Positions 37,881-51,279 of a stretch of 64,000 bases of DNA are shown piece after piece (within the stretch, counting starts at the first letter, position 1; every line of letters starts with the position of its first letter). This DNA comes from Felis catus (Eukaryota): positions 85,810,001 to 85,874,000 of the forward strand of contig NC_058368.1 of the NCBI RefSeq assembly GCF_018350175.1. Direction: 5' to 3'. Position numbers and translations under genes: made by a program. Under the pieces are notes generated by a model. The model did no database searches. It was not told where the DNA came from and saw nothing but the letters and a program-made list of their open reading frames with translations.

Positions 37881-40800
37881 AAGGGGAAGAGCTATGATGA
37901 CCAATATTAGGAGGACCCTAAGCTTGTCTTGTCCCTTAAACACAGCCAGATATGTATCAAATCATTCTGAATACCCAGCAAATCAACCTGAGGACTGACA
38001 GAACTAATGCACTACTAGAGGGAGAGAGGAGGCCACATTGTGGAAATAGGAGGTGAGGAGACCTGTTTTGGTGGAGAAACTGATCACTGGTGTTTTGGAA
38101 CTGAGGGCAACCTGTTCCTGGAGAGGGGAGAGAGAAGAGTACACAGGGGAATCACAAATGAAAACATATCTCCAAAGCAATTGGGAAAATAAAAGGCTGA
38201 TTTTGATGAGTATTTGTACCAGCAGTTTGCAAAAATTAGAGTGTTGGGGTTCTGTGGCCTGGCTGGTATGGAGCTCTGAGGGTGCTGCAGTGCTCCAGTA
38301 GAGAAAACAGGCTGGTAACCTGGGAGCAGATGACATGAACTGTAGACCAACTGAGACACACTAGGAGAAACAGTTTTCCTTTCTTGGAGTGCATCTGAAT
38401 GAGGTGGCATGGTGGCATTGTATCTCCAGGGACAAAAAAAAATTTGAGAAACACTTCCCTCTTACACCCTTCAGCATAGGCTCAGAGACACTGGCCAAGG
38501 GTGCCTAATCTGGACACTGACTCTTCAGTGCATTTTGCTCCAAAGCCCACATACCTGCAATATGCTGAACCACCCTTCTAGGTCAAATCTGTATCAAATA
38601 TAGTGCAGTTGGACCCTCCCCTAAAATCCTGGCTCTCATCCTCACCACACCAGGTCCCTAATGTTTGCAGTTTTAAAACAGCCAGTTTGGCTCGGATAGA
38701 ATCCAAAGTGCACTGTGTTTCTCCAGTCACACAATAAAACCAGACACACTGTGAAAACTGCAATCTGAAAACAAAAATGACACAAAAAGGGAAATTATCT
38801 GCTCTTCTGGTAGGGGTTCCCTGACAGCCTCCAAACAAGAATCAAAGGAGCTGGAGGTGTAATTTCCCTTCCCTTCCCTTTCCTCAGCATAAACTACCTT
38901 CAGTAAATAGCACAGTGCCAACATGGGCTGCTTCAATTAGTTAAATCCAGCCCTGCTGTCCTACACTATGCTGGTACTGCTTTTCTCCAGCAAGTGTGCT
39001 TAAGGACTAGCATATGATGTACCCTCCCCAGAAGACCAGCAGAATTCCTCACATGCACCACTTCAACCAATCACAGACTTGTACAAAGCTTCAAGTATAA
39101 TGGGAATAGAACCAGGTCTTTATTAACAAGCTGATTAGAGCACACCTAGTTAAAATTCACCTCTCTGCTGCCAGGATCCATACACACTGCACACCAGGCA
39201 AGGAGAAACTCAGCAGGGATAGAGCATCCATAACATAGCAGCAGATTGTCTTCTGCACACACCATAGACATACTCTGAAGCTACAGGCTCTGGATATTAT
39301 ATGACCTGTTCTTCATAAAGCCATTACTCTTAGGAGCACCCATCATAACAGTCTTTACAAACACACAGAAGACAGACAAAATGTCAAGATGGAGCAATTT
39401 ATCCCCCCCATCCCCCAAAAAGAAGAACAATAAAAGGTCATGGTAAATTAGCTACTTGAAACAGATATAAGCAATATGCTTGATTCAGAATTTAAAGAAA
39501 CTATAAGAATACTAGCTGTAATTGAGAAAAACATTGAAGACACCAAAGAGTCCATTACCCAAAGTGATAAAAGGGCTTAAAACCAATCAGGCCAAAATTA
39601 TAAATGTAATACCCAATATTCAAAACTAACTGGATTCAATGACCAGAGGAATAGAAGAAACAGGAACAAATAAGTGACAGAGAAGATAGAATTATGGAAA
39701 ATAAAAAGCTGATCAAAAGTTGGAAAGCAAAATCTTGGATCATGAAAGTAGACTTATGGAACTCAGTGATTCCATGAAATGAAATAATTTGTATCATAGG
39801 AGTCCCAGAAGAAGAGAGAGAAAATGTAGAAGAAGGTTTATTTGAGGCAATTACTGCTCAAGACTTCCTCAATCAAGGAAATAGATTTTCTAATTGAGGA
39901 CACACAGAGAACTCCCATCAAAATCAACAAAAGCAGGTGAACACCATGACATATTTTATCTAAACTTGCAAAACATAGAGATAAAGAAAAATCCTGAAAG
40001 CAGCAAGATAAAAGAAGCCCCTAACTCACAAGAGAAGATGATTAATGTTAGTAGCAGTTCTTTCCACAGAAACTTGGAAAGGGAAAAAAGGTTACAAAAT
40101 ATATTCAATTTGATGAATGGGAAAAATCTGAAGATAATAGTTTGTTATCCAGCAAGGATATTTTTCAGAAGACAAAAAGAGATAAAGAGTTTCCCAGAAA
40201 AACAAAACCTAAAGGAGTTCTTGTCCACTAAATCATCTGCAAGAATTATTAAAGGAGACTCTTTGAGTAGGAATAGGACTAGAAAAGAACAGAGAAAATT
40301 TCCCAAAACAATAGGAAATGGCATTTAAAAGTCATTAAATTCCTTTCTATCAATAATTACTCTGAAAAAAATTAATCAGACTATAATCAAAAGGTGATGA
40401 TCCAATCAAAAGACATAGTGTGTCAAAGTGGATTTAAAAAAAAGACACATTTATGCTGCCTACAAGAGACTGATTTTATATGTCAAGATACCAGCAGATT
40501 GAAAGTGAGGGGATGCAGAAACATGTACCACATAAATGGATGTCAAAAGAAAGCTGGAATAGTGATACTATTAACAGACACACTATGTTTTGAACCAAAG
40601 ACTATAACATGAGATGAGGAAGAGCATTATATCAAAATAAAGGAGACTATCTAATAAGAAGATCTGACAATTGTAAATATTCATGCCCCCCAAATGGGGG
40701 AACCAAATATACAAAACAATTAACACATATAAAGGAATTATTTGATAATAATCCAATAAGAGTAGAGAACTTTAACACCCCACTTACAGGAGCAGACAGG

Positions 40801-40962
40801 TTAACTAAGCAGAAAATCAAGAAGTAAACAATGACTATGAATGACACACTGGACCAGATGGACTTAACAGATATATGCAGAGCATTTCATCCTAAAGGAA
40901 CAAAATATCTTTCATTTCAAGTGCACACGGGCATTCTCCAGAATAGATCACAAACTAGGTAA

Positions 40963-41010
<48 letters not shown>

Positions 41011-42784
41011 AACAGCTTCCACATTTAGGAAAAGGTTGAGATTATAACATGCTTATTGTCTGATGACAATGTTATGAAACTTGAGGTCATCCACAAGAAA
41101 ACATTTGGAAACACCAAAAATACATGGAGGGTAAAGGACACCCTACTAAGGAATGAATGGTTCAACCAGGAATTAAATAAGATATATAAAAAAAATACAT
41201 GAAAACAAATGGTAATGAAAAGACAATGGTCCAAAATCTTTGGGATGAAGAAAAATCAGTCATAAGGGGGAAGTATAGAGTAATAGAGGCCTGCTTCAAG
41301 AAGCAAGCGAAATCTCAAATATGCAAACTAAATTTACAAATGAAGAAGCTAGAAAAAGAACAACAAATGAAGCCTAAAGCCAGCAGAAAGAGGGAATAAT
41401 AAAGATTAGAGCAGAAATAAATGACAGAGAAACAAAAAAAAGTAAAGAAAGAAACAAATACATAAAAAATACTGTAGAACAGATGAGCTGGTTGAAAAAT
41501 TAATAAAATTGATAAACCCCTAGCCAGACATATCAAAAAGAAATATTTACTTATCAATAAATAAAATCGCAAATAAGAGAGGAGAAATCACAACCAACAG
41601 TACAGAAACACAAACAATCATAAGAGAATGTTATGAAAAATTGTATGCCAACACACTGGGATATTTGGAAGAAACTGATAAATTCGTATAAACATATAAA
41701 CTACCAAAACTTATAAAGAAATAGAAAACTTGAATAGATCAATAATCAGCAAAGAAATTGAATCTTTAGTCAAAAATCTCCAAACAAACCAAAGCCCAGG
41801 TCAAGAGGCTTCACAGAGGAATTACACCAAACATGTAAAGACGACTTAATATCTACTAATCTCAAGCTGTTTCAAAAAAAAAAAAAAAAGAAAAGAAAAA
41901 AAGAAATGGAAGGAAAACTTCCAAACTCATTCTATGAGGCCAGTATTATTTTTAATACCAAAACAAGACAATGATCTCACAAAAAAGGACAATTACAAAC
42001 CAATACACCTCAACAAGATACTAACAAACTGAATCCAACCGTACATTAAAATAATTATTCACCAAGATATTTTCCTGGGAAAAGAGTGGTTCAATGTTTG
42101 CAAAATCCATCAACAGGATACACAACATTATAATAAATAAAGATAGGAACCGTACATTACCCTAAATAGATGCAGAAAAAGTATTTTTGAAAGTACAGCC
42201 TCCATTCTTAAAAAACAAACAAACAAACAAAAAATAAAGTATAGATGTTGGAAACATGCCTCAACATCATAAAGGCCATAAACAAAAGACAGTTAATGCC
42301 ATGTGATATAGGGCAAAACTGAGAGTTTTTCCTCCATGGTGAGGAGGAAGACAGGAACATCCACTTTCACCACTCTTATTTAACATGCTACTGGAAATTC
42401 CAGCCTAACATATTAGACAACAAATAGACATATAAGGCCTCTAAATTGACAATGAAGAAGTCAAACTTTCACTATTTGCAGACAACATGATGCTATATGT
42501 AGAAAATCCAAAATATTCCATCAAAAATATCTAAACTGGTATACAAATTCAGTAAAGTTGCAGAGTGCAAAATCAACATAAAGAATTGTGTTCTAATTCT
42601 ATACACCAATAATGAAACAGCAGAAAGAGAAATCATGGAACCGATCCCATTTACAATGGGATCCCAAAAGATCTAGGCACTAAAACCCAAAAGATACCTA
42701 GGAATAAACCTAACCAAAGAGGTAAAATATCTGTACTCTGAAAACTATAATACACTTATAAAATAAAATGAAGGTCACATGCAA

Positions 42785-42827
<43 letters not shown>

Positions 42828-44265
42828 GGGAAAAACATTTATTGATCCTGAATTGGAAGAACAAATATTGTAAAAATATCTACACTACCCAAAGCAATCA
42901 CCATATTTAATGCAAATACTATCAAATACCACCATAATTTTTCAGAGAAAGAACAAACATTCCTAAAATTTTATGGAACCACAAAAGACCTGGAATAGCA
43001 AAAACAATCTTGAAAATAAAAAGAAAATCTGGAGACGTCACAATTCGAGATGTCAAGTGATATTGCAAAGCTGTAATGATCAAGACTCTATGGTATTGTC
43101 ATAAAAACAGACACATAGAACAATGGAAAATAAAAGGAAACACAGAAATGGACCCACAATTTATATGGCCAACTCAACTTCAACAAAGCAGGAAAGAATA
43201 CCCAATGGGGAAAAAAAGACAGTCTCTTGTACGAATGGTGTTGGGAAAATTGGAAAGCAACTGGCAAAAGAAGAAAACTGCCTACCTACTCTGTTACAGC
43301 ATACACAAAAATAAATTCAAAATGGATGAAAGACTTAAATATTAGAGAGGAAATCATTAAAATCCTATAGGAGGGGGCGCCTGGGTGGCTCAGTCAGTTG
43401 AGCTTCCGACTTCAGCTCAGGTCATGATCTCACGGTCTGTGAGTTCGAGCCCCGCGTCGGGCTCTGTGCTGACAGCTCAGAGCCTGGAGCCTGCTTCAGA
43501 TTCTGTGTCTCCCTCTCTCTCTGACCCTCCACCGTTCATGCTCTGTCTCTCTCTCTCTCTCTCAAAAATAAATAAACTTTAAAAAAAATCCTATAGGAGA
43601 ACACAGGCAGTAGCATCTTTGACATTAGCCATTGCAACTTCTTACTAGATATGTCTTCAGAGACAGGGGAAACAAAAGTAAAAAAAAAAAAAAAACTATT
43701 GGAACATTATCAAGTTAAAAAAAACTGCTCAATGAAGAAAAATGAAGAAAACAAAAAGGCAACCTTCAGACATGGGGGAAATATTTGCAAATGACATATC
43801 CGGTAAAGGGTTAGCATCTAAAATAAAGAACTTATCAACCTCAACAACCAAAAAAAAAATAATAATTCTGTTAAAAATGGGCAAACAATACAAATATATA
43901 TATTTTTTCCAAAAAATACAAATCAAAACTACAATGAGTAGTCAGACCAGTCAGAATGACAAAAGTAACACAGGAAACAACAGATGTTCACAAGGATGTA
44001 AAGAAAGGGGAACCCTCTTACACTGTTAGTGGAATGCAAACTTGTGAAAGCACTCTGGAAGATAGTGTGGAGCTTTGTCAGAAAGTTGAAAATAGAACTA
44101 GCATACAATCCAGCCATTGCATTACTACGTATTTACCCAACAGATACAAAAATACTGACTTGAAGGGATTCATGCAGCTGATATGTATATAAACATTATT
44201 TACAACAACCAAATTATGCAAACAGCTCAAATTCCCATTGACTGATGAATGGATAATGAGATGTG

Positions 44266-44314
<49 letters not shown>

Positions 44315-44711
44315 GGAATATTACTTGGCAGTAAAAAAGAATGAAATCTTTGCCATTTGGAAAGTGGCAGATGTAGCTATAGATCCTTATGCAATGTGAA
44401 ATAAGTCAGAGAGAGACAAAAACCATATGATTTCACTCATATGTGGAATTTAAGAAATAAAACAAACGAATGTAGAGTGTGGGGGAGAGAAAGACAAATC
44501 ATAAAACAGACCTTTAAGTAGAGAACAAACTAAGGGTTCCTGGAAGGGAGATCAGAGGGCAGATGAATTAAATGAGTGGTGGTATTAAGGAGGGCACTGG
44601 TTGCGATGAGGAATAAGTGATCATTCACTAAATTCTACTCCTGAAACCAATATTATACTGTATTTCAACTAACTGGAAACTAAATAAAGATGTGAAATAA
44701 ATTAAAAAAAA
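37881..44711 (+). mobile_element. Full-length, decayed L1 (~6.8 kb), sense to the BTN-like gene
   Basis: 5' motif ggggaagagctatgatgacc...taggaggaccctaagc, ORF1 39894-40328, EN 40394-40612, RT ctatttgcagacaacatg (~42472) and A-tail. TSD tagtgtttt at 37872-37880 and 44712-44720. Confidence 0.92.
43374..43584 (+). mobile_element. Feline SINE nested in L1 ORF2
   Basis: 15-bp TSD aaaatcctataggag at 43359-43373 and 43585-43599. Confidence 0.96.
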
Positions 44712-45696
44712 TAGTGTTTTCATCTTGGGAGGTAAATACCGAGTGGTGAATTTCTGGATCATATTGTATTTCAATTTTTACATTTTTGCAAAAACTCCAT
44801 ACTGTTTTCTACAGTGATTACACCAATTTACATTTCCACCAACAATGCATGAGAGTCCCCTTTCCTCTACATCCTCATCACTATGTGTTATTTCTTGTCT
44901 TTTGGAAACTTGCTATTCCAACAGGTGCAGGTGATATCTCATTGTGTTTTTGATTTGCAATTTGTTTATGATTAATGATTTTGACCATATTGTCATGTGT
45001 ATGTTGACCAACTGTTTTTTTTTCCTTTGGAAAAATGTCTATTCAGGTCCTCTGCCCATTTTTTAATAAGTTTTTTATTTGTTTTGTTGGTGTTATATAA
45101 ATTCTTCACGTATTTGCATATTAACCCCTTATTGGATATATTATTTGCAAATATCTTCTCCCATTCATAGGTTTGCCTTTATATTTTGTTAATGGGTTCC
45201 TTTTCTGTTGAAAAGTTTTATATCTTAGTGTAGTCCCAATAGTTTATTTTTGTTATTGTTTCTCTTGCCTGAGGCGACAAGTTCATAAATATGATGCTAA
45301 TAGTAGTATCCTAGAGATTACCAAGTATGTTTTCTTTTAGAATTTTATGATTTCAGGTCTCACATTTAGGTCTTCAATCCATGTGTATTGTATTTTTGTG
45401 TGTAGTGAAAGAAAGTGGCTCAGCTTCATTCTTTCCCATGTACCTGTCCAGTTTTCTCAATGCCACTTATTGGAAAGATTTGTTTTCCCATTATATATTC
45501 TCACCTTATTTGTCATAATTTGACTATGTAAATGTGGGTTTATTTCTGTGTTCTGTATCCTATTCCACTGAGCTGTCTATTTTTGTGTCATTACTATACT
45601 GTCGTGATTACTACAGTTTGTAGTCTATCATTAAATCTGTGATTATGATTCCATCAACTGTGTTCTTCTTTACCAAGTTTCATTAGCTAATCAAGG

Positions 45697-45734
<38 letters not shown>

Positions 45735-45950
45735 TTACATATAAGTTTTAGTATTATTTGTTCAAGTTCTCTTAAAAGGTGTTATTGGTATTTTGATAGA
45801 ATTGTACTGAACCTGTGGGTTGTGGGTTGCTTTACGTAGGATAGACATTTAAAGATGTAAATTCTTCCAAAAAATGATATTGGCATATTTTTCCATTTGT
45901 TTGTGTCATTTGCGGTTTGAATGTCCTTTGTTAATTTTCTTTCTCTTTCC

Positions 45951-45992
<42 letters not shown>

Positions 45993-46514
45993 CTTTCCTT
46001 CTTTCTTTTGCTTGCTCTTGCTTTCTTTCTCTTGCTTTCTTGCTTTCTTGTCTAATTGTGGCAGCTAGGATTTCAGTAGTACTATATTGAATGAAAGTGG
46101 TGACACTGGATATCCTTGTCTTCTTCCTGATCTTAGAGGGAAAGCTTTCAATTTTTGATATTTATGTATGATGCTAGATTGAATTTTTAATATATCACAA
46201 TTATTAGGTTGAGTTATTTTCCCTCTAAACCCATTTGTTTAGAGTTATCAGGATGGAATGTTGTAATTTGACAAATCCTTTTCTGCCTCATTGAGATAAT
46301 CATGTTTTTTTTATCCTTTCTCTTATTGATGGAATTTATCAAATTGATTGGTTTGTGAACAGTGAAATACCTTTACCTCCATGGAATAAATCCTACTTGA
46401 TCAGGATTAGTAATAATTTTTAATGTATTTTTGAATTTGGTTTGCTAATATTTTTGTTTTGAAGTTTTTCATGCATGTTCATCAGATATTTGCCTGTAGT
46501 TTCCTCTCTGTCTC

Positions 46515-46581
<67 letters not shown>

Positions 46582-47414
46582 GTCTCTCTTTTTGGTCATA
46601 TCTTTGGTTTTGGTATTGTGGTAATGCTGTCCTCATAGAATGAATTTGGAAGTTTTCCTTCCTATTCTATTTTTTTGGAATATTTGGAGAGGAATAAGTA
46701 TTAATGCTTCTTTAGATGTCCGGTAGAATTTACGTGTGAAGCAATTTAGTCTTGCACGTTTGTTTGTTAAAAGTTTTTTAATTACTAATTCAATTTCAGT
46801 ATTACTCAGTAGATTGTTCACATTTTCTATTTTTTTTTCCTGGTTGCGTTTGGAAGATTGTATTTTTCTAGGAATTTAGCTATTTTTTAAAGTTGTCTAA
46901 TATTTGCATATTATTTTTTAAAATATTTTCTTATAATTCTTTGTATACCTGTTGTGTTGATTTTTTTCTCTTTTATTTTTTATGTATTTATCTTCTATTT
47001 TTTTCCTTGATGATCCTGGCTATAGATTTACAAATTTTGTTTACCTTTTCAAAGAATTAGCTCTTGGTTTCATTATTACCAATTTTTGTCTCTATTTCAT
47101 TTCTTTCTGCTCTAATCTTTATTTCTTTTTTTCTAGTAGAATTTTGTCATGCTTTCCTTTTCTAGCTCATTTAGAAGTTAGGTAACTTTGTTTATTTGAG
47201 AATGCACAGCTAGCATCACAATTGGGAAAGGCTGGAAGTTCTTCCTTTAAGATCGGAACAAGACAAGTATGTCCATTCTCCAGATTTTTAGAATATAATA
47301 TTGGAAATTTTATGCAGAGATTTAAAGAAGAAAAATCAATAACATTAAATTTAAAAAAAAGGAAAATCATCATTATTTGACAATGAAATAAAACTACATA
47401 GACGACCCTAAAGC

Positions 47415-47457
<43 letters not shown>

Positions 47458-47888
47458 AATCAACCAACCAAACATAAACAATTAGAAGAATCAATTAAAT
47501 TCAGTAAAGATAGAAGGTATAAAACAAATATAAATAAATAAGTTTCATTTCTATACACTAATCATTAACTATCAGAAAGAAAGATTAAGAAAACAATCAT
47601 TTAGAATTGAATCAAAAAGAGTAAAATGCCAAAAAAATGTGAATACCTAGAAATAAATTTAACCAAGGACATGAAATACCTGTATTCTGAAAACTATAAG
47701 ACATTGATGAAAGAAGTTGAAGGAGACACAAATAAATATAAATATGTATATAGTGCTCTTGAATTGGCAGTATTAATGTTGTTAAATGTCCATTGTATAT
47801 AACAATCTAGGGATTCAATGTAATCCCAAAGTAGCAATATTTTTATTCACAGAACTAGAAAAAAAACATTCTTAAAATTTTTTTGGAA

Positions 47889-47923
<35 letters not shown>

Positions 47924-50509
47924 AAAAAACAAAAACAAAAACAAAAACAAAAAATGAATAGCTAAAGCAATTTTTTTCTTTTCTTTCCACGTTTTCTGTT
48001 AAATACAAATTAGTGAACATACAGAGTAAATTTAGTTCACAAGTGAAGTTTAGTGACTGAACACTTACACTCAACATGCTATAATCATCACAACTAGTGC
48101 CCTCCTAAATCCCCATCATCTATTGTTGCCCACCATTGGATGTTTTTAACAGGCAAGAGTCTGTTTCTTGGTGTTTTTCTCTTTATGCCTTCTTATTCAT
48201 TTGTTATTTCTTAAATTCCACATATGAGTGAATTCATATGATATTTGTCTTTCACATTTTTATATTCTTTGGGTAAATACCTAGTAGTACATTGCTGGAT
48301 GTTAGGGTAGGGTAGTTCTCTTTTAACTTTTTCAGGAACCTCCATATTGTTTTCCAGAGTGACTGGTCCAGTTTGAAGAACCACGAAAGTGTAAGAGACT
48401 TCCCCTTTCTCCTCATCCTCACCAACACCTGTTGTTTCCTGTGTTAAGTTTAGTTACTCTGACTGTTATGAGGAGATATCTCATTGTTTTGAATTGTATT
48501 TCCCTGATGATGAGTGATGTTGAGCATCTTTTCATGTATCATTTGGTCATCTGTATGTGTTCTTTGGAAAAATGTCTTTTAATACCTTGTGCCCATATTC
48601 TAAATGAATTTTTGATTTGTGAGTTTGAGCTTTATAGACTCTTTATACATATTTTTTGAAACTAACCCTTTAGAAGATATGTTATTTGCAAAGAGGTTAC
48701 TGCCTATTTCCTCCTCTAGGATTTTAATGATTTCCTCTCTAACATTTATGTCTTTCATCCATTTTTAATTTACTTTCAAATGGATGGTGTATGGTGGAAC
48801 AAAGTGGACCACTTTCCTTCTTTGCTCATTGTTTTACAGTTTTTCCAACACCATTTGTACAAGTGATTGTCTTTAATTCACTGGATATTCTTTCCTGCTT
48901 TGTCTAAGTTTAGTTCATCATATAGTTGTAGGTCTATTACTGGGTTATCTGTTCTGATCTATTGATCTATTGGCTTCTGTTGGTGCCAGTACCATACTGT
49001 ATTGATCACCACAGCTTTGTAAGATAACTTGAAACCTGGAATTGCAATGCCTCCAGCTTTGCTTTTCTTTTTCAAGATTGCTTAGTCTATTGGGGCCCTT
49101 TGTGGTTCGATACAAATGCTAGGATTATTTGTTCTAGCTCTATGAAAAACGTGGGTAGTATTTTGATAGGGATTGCTTTACATGTGCAGATTGCTTTGGG
49201 TGGCATAGACATTTTAACATTATTTTTCCTTCAATCTATGAGCATAGATTTTTATTTCCATCTCCTCTCTGTGTTCTCTTCAATTTATTTCAGCAGCATT
49301 TTATACTTTTCAGTGTACAGATGATTTACCTCTTCAGCAGATTTATTTCTAGGTATTTTATAATGTTGGGTGCAATAGAAATAGGATTGATTCTTTAATT
49401 TGTCTTTAGCTGCTTCATTTTTGTTATGTTAATAATACAACTGATTTCTATACATTGTGTATCCTTTGACTTTACAGGATTACTGTATTAGTTATAGTAA
49501 TATTTTGGGGGAGAATTTTGAAATTTCTGTAACATGAAATCTGCAAATAATGTAAGTTTGACATCTGCCTTATGTATTTGGATTCATTTTTTTTTTGTAT
49601 TGTCTGATTGCTGAGCTAGGACTTCCAGTATTATGTTAAGTAACAGTGATGAGAGTCAATATCCTTGTCTTGTTCTTGACCATAGATAATATATGGCTTT
49701 TTTGTTATTTTTGTTGTTGCTTATGTATGTTCTCTCTATACCTATCTTGTTGAGGTTTTTTAAATCAAGAATTGACTCTATACTTGGATAAATGTTTTTT
49801 TTTTCCGAATCCATTGAGAGAATCATATATGTAATTCCTTTCTTTTATTGAGGTACTGTATCACATTGATTGATTTGTGAATATTGTAGCATCCTTGTAC
49901 CACAGGAATAAATACGACTTGGTCTCTGTTAATGGTTGTTTGATATAGTGTTTGATTCCATTTTCTGGTGTTTTCTTGAGAAGTTTTGCATCCATGTTCA
50001 TTAGGGATATTTGCCTGTAGTTCTCCCTTTTTTTTAGTGGATACTTCATCTGATTTTGGTGTCAGGGTAATGCTGACCTCATAGAATGAATTTGAGAGTT
50101 TTTTTTTTTTTCAAATTAGTAATTTTTGGAATAGTATGAGAAGAATGGGTATTAATTATTCTTTAACTGTTTAAGCCATCTGCCCTGTCAAGCCATCTGC
50201 CCCTGGGCTTTTGTTTGTGGGTAGAATTTTTATTAGGAATTTAATGTCTTTGCTGGTTATTCATCTGTTCAAGTTTTCTCTTTCTTCCTGTTTCTGTCTT
50301 AGTAGGTTATATGTTTTTTGGGTTTTATCCACCTCTTCCTAGTTGTCCAATTCACTGGAATATATATTTTTCATAATATGCTGTCATACTTGTTTGTGTT
50401 TCTGTAGTGTTGGTTGATATCTCTCTTCTCTCATTTATCACTTCATTTACTTGCATTCTTTCTCTTATCTTTTTGATACGTCTGGCTATGTGTTTATCAA
50501 TATTATTAC

Positions 50510-50540
<31 letters not shown>

Positions 50541-50914
50541 TGTAGATCCTGCCCCTGGTTTCATTGATCTCTTCTACTGTTTTGTTTGTTTGTTTCTGTA
50601 TCATTTATTTCCGTTTAAATTTTCATTACTACTTTCCTTCTGTTGGCTTTAGGCTTTGTTTTCCTTTTTTTTTTTTTCTTTTTGGCTACTTTAAGTGTAA
50701 GGTTAGGTTTATTTGAGATGTTTCTTCCTTCTTGAGGTAGGTATTGTTCTACACTTCCTTTGGAACCATATTTGCCATATCCTTAAAGTTGTGGAGCATT
50801 GTGTTTTTATTTTCATTTCTTTCCACATATTTTTTCTTTCCATTTTGATTTCCTTTTGGACCCATTCATTCTTTAAAACCACGTTCTTCAACCTCCATAT
50901 GTTTGTGGTCTTTC

Positions 50915-50960
<46 letters not shown>

Positions 50961-51279
50961 ACTTCAAGTCTCATAGCATTGGGGTCAGAAAAGATGCACA
51001 GGAGTGATCTCAATCCTGTTGTCCTCCTGATGCCTGATTTGTGAACTATTCTGGGGAATATCTCATGTGCACTTGAAAAAAAAATGTATATTGTGCTCCT
51101 CTAGGATGAAATGCTCTGCATATATCTGTTAAGTCCATCTGGCCCAGTGTGTCATTCAAAACCATTGTTTCCTTATTGATTGTCTGCTTGGGTGTTTTGT
51201 CCCTTGAAGTAAGTGTGGTGTTAAAGGACTCTACTATTACTGTTTTTTTTTTTTTTAACTAAGAGGTTCCTTTATGTTT

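Larger units (their letters stand above)
37205..47200 (-). mobile_element. Older L1 (37205-37880 and 44712-47200) split by a full-length + strand L1
   Basis: 3'UTR at 37205-37880; the sequence resumes colinearly at 44712; ORF2 fragment 46633-46821. Confidence 0.85.

Noticed and set aside
43374..43460. tRNA gene (A-box and B-box, gttcgagccc)
   Set aside because: This is the tRNA-derived head of a Can-SINE with (CT)n, A-tail and TSD.
47200..47970. Strand switch in L1 sequence at ~47200 as a twin-priming 5' inversion
   Set aside because: The + fragment repeats RT-region sequence already present in the - copy (~45600-46150) and continues at 60750, so it is a separate element.
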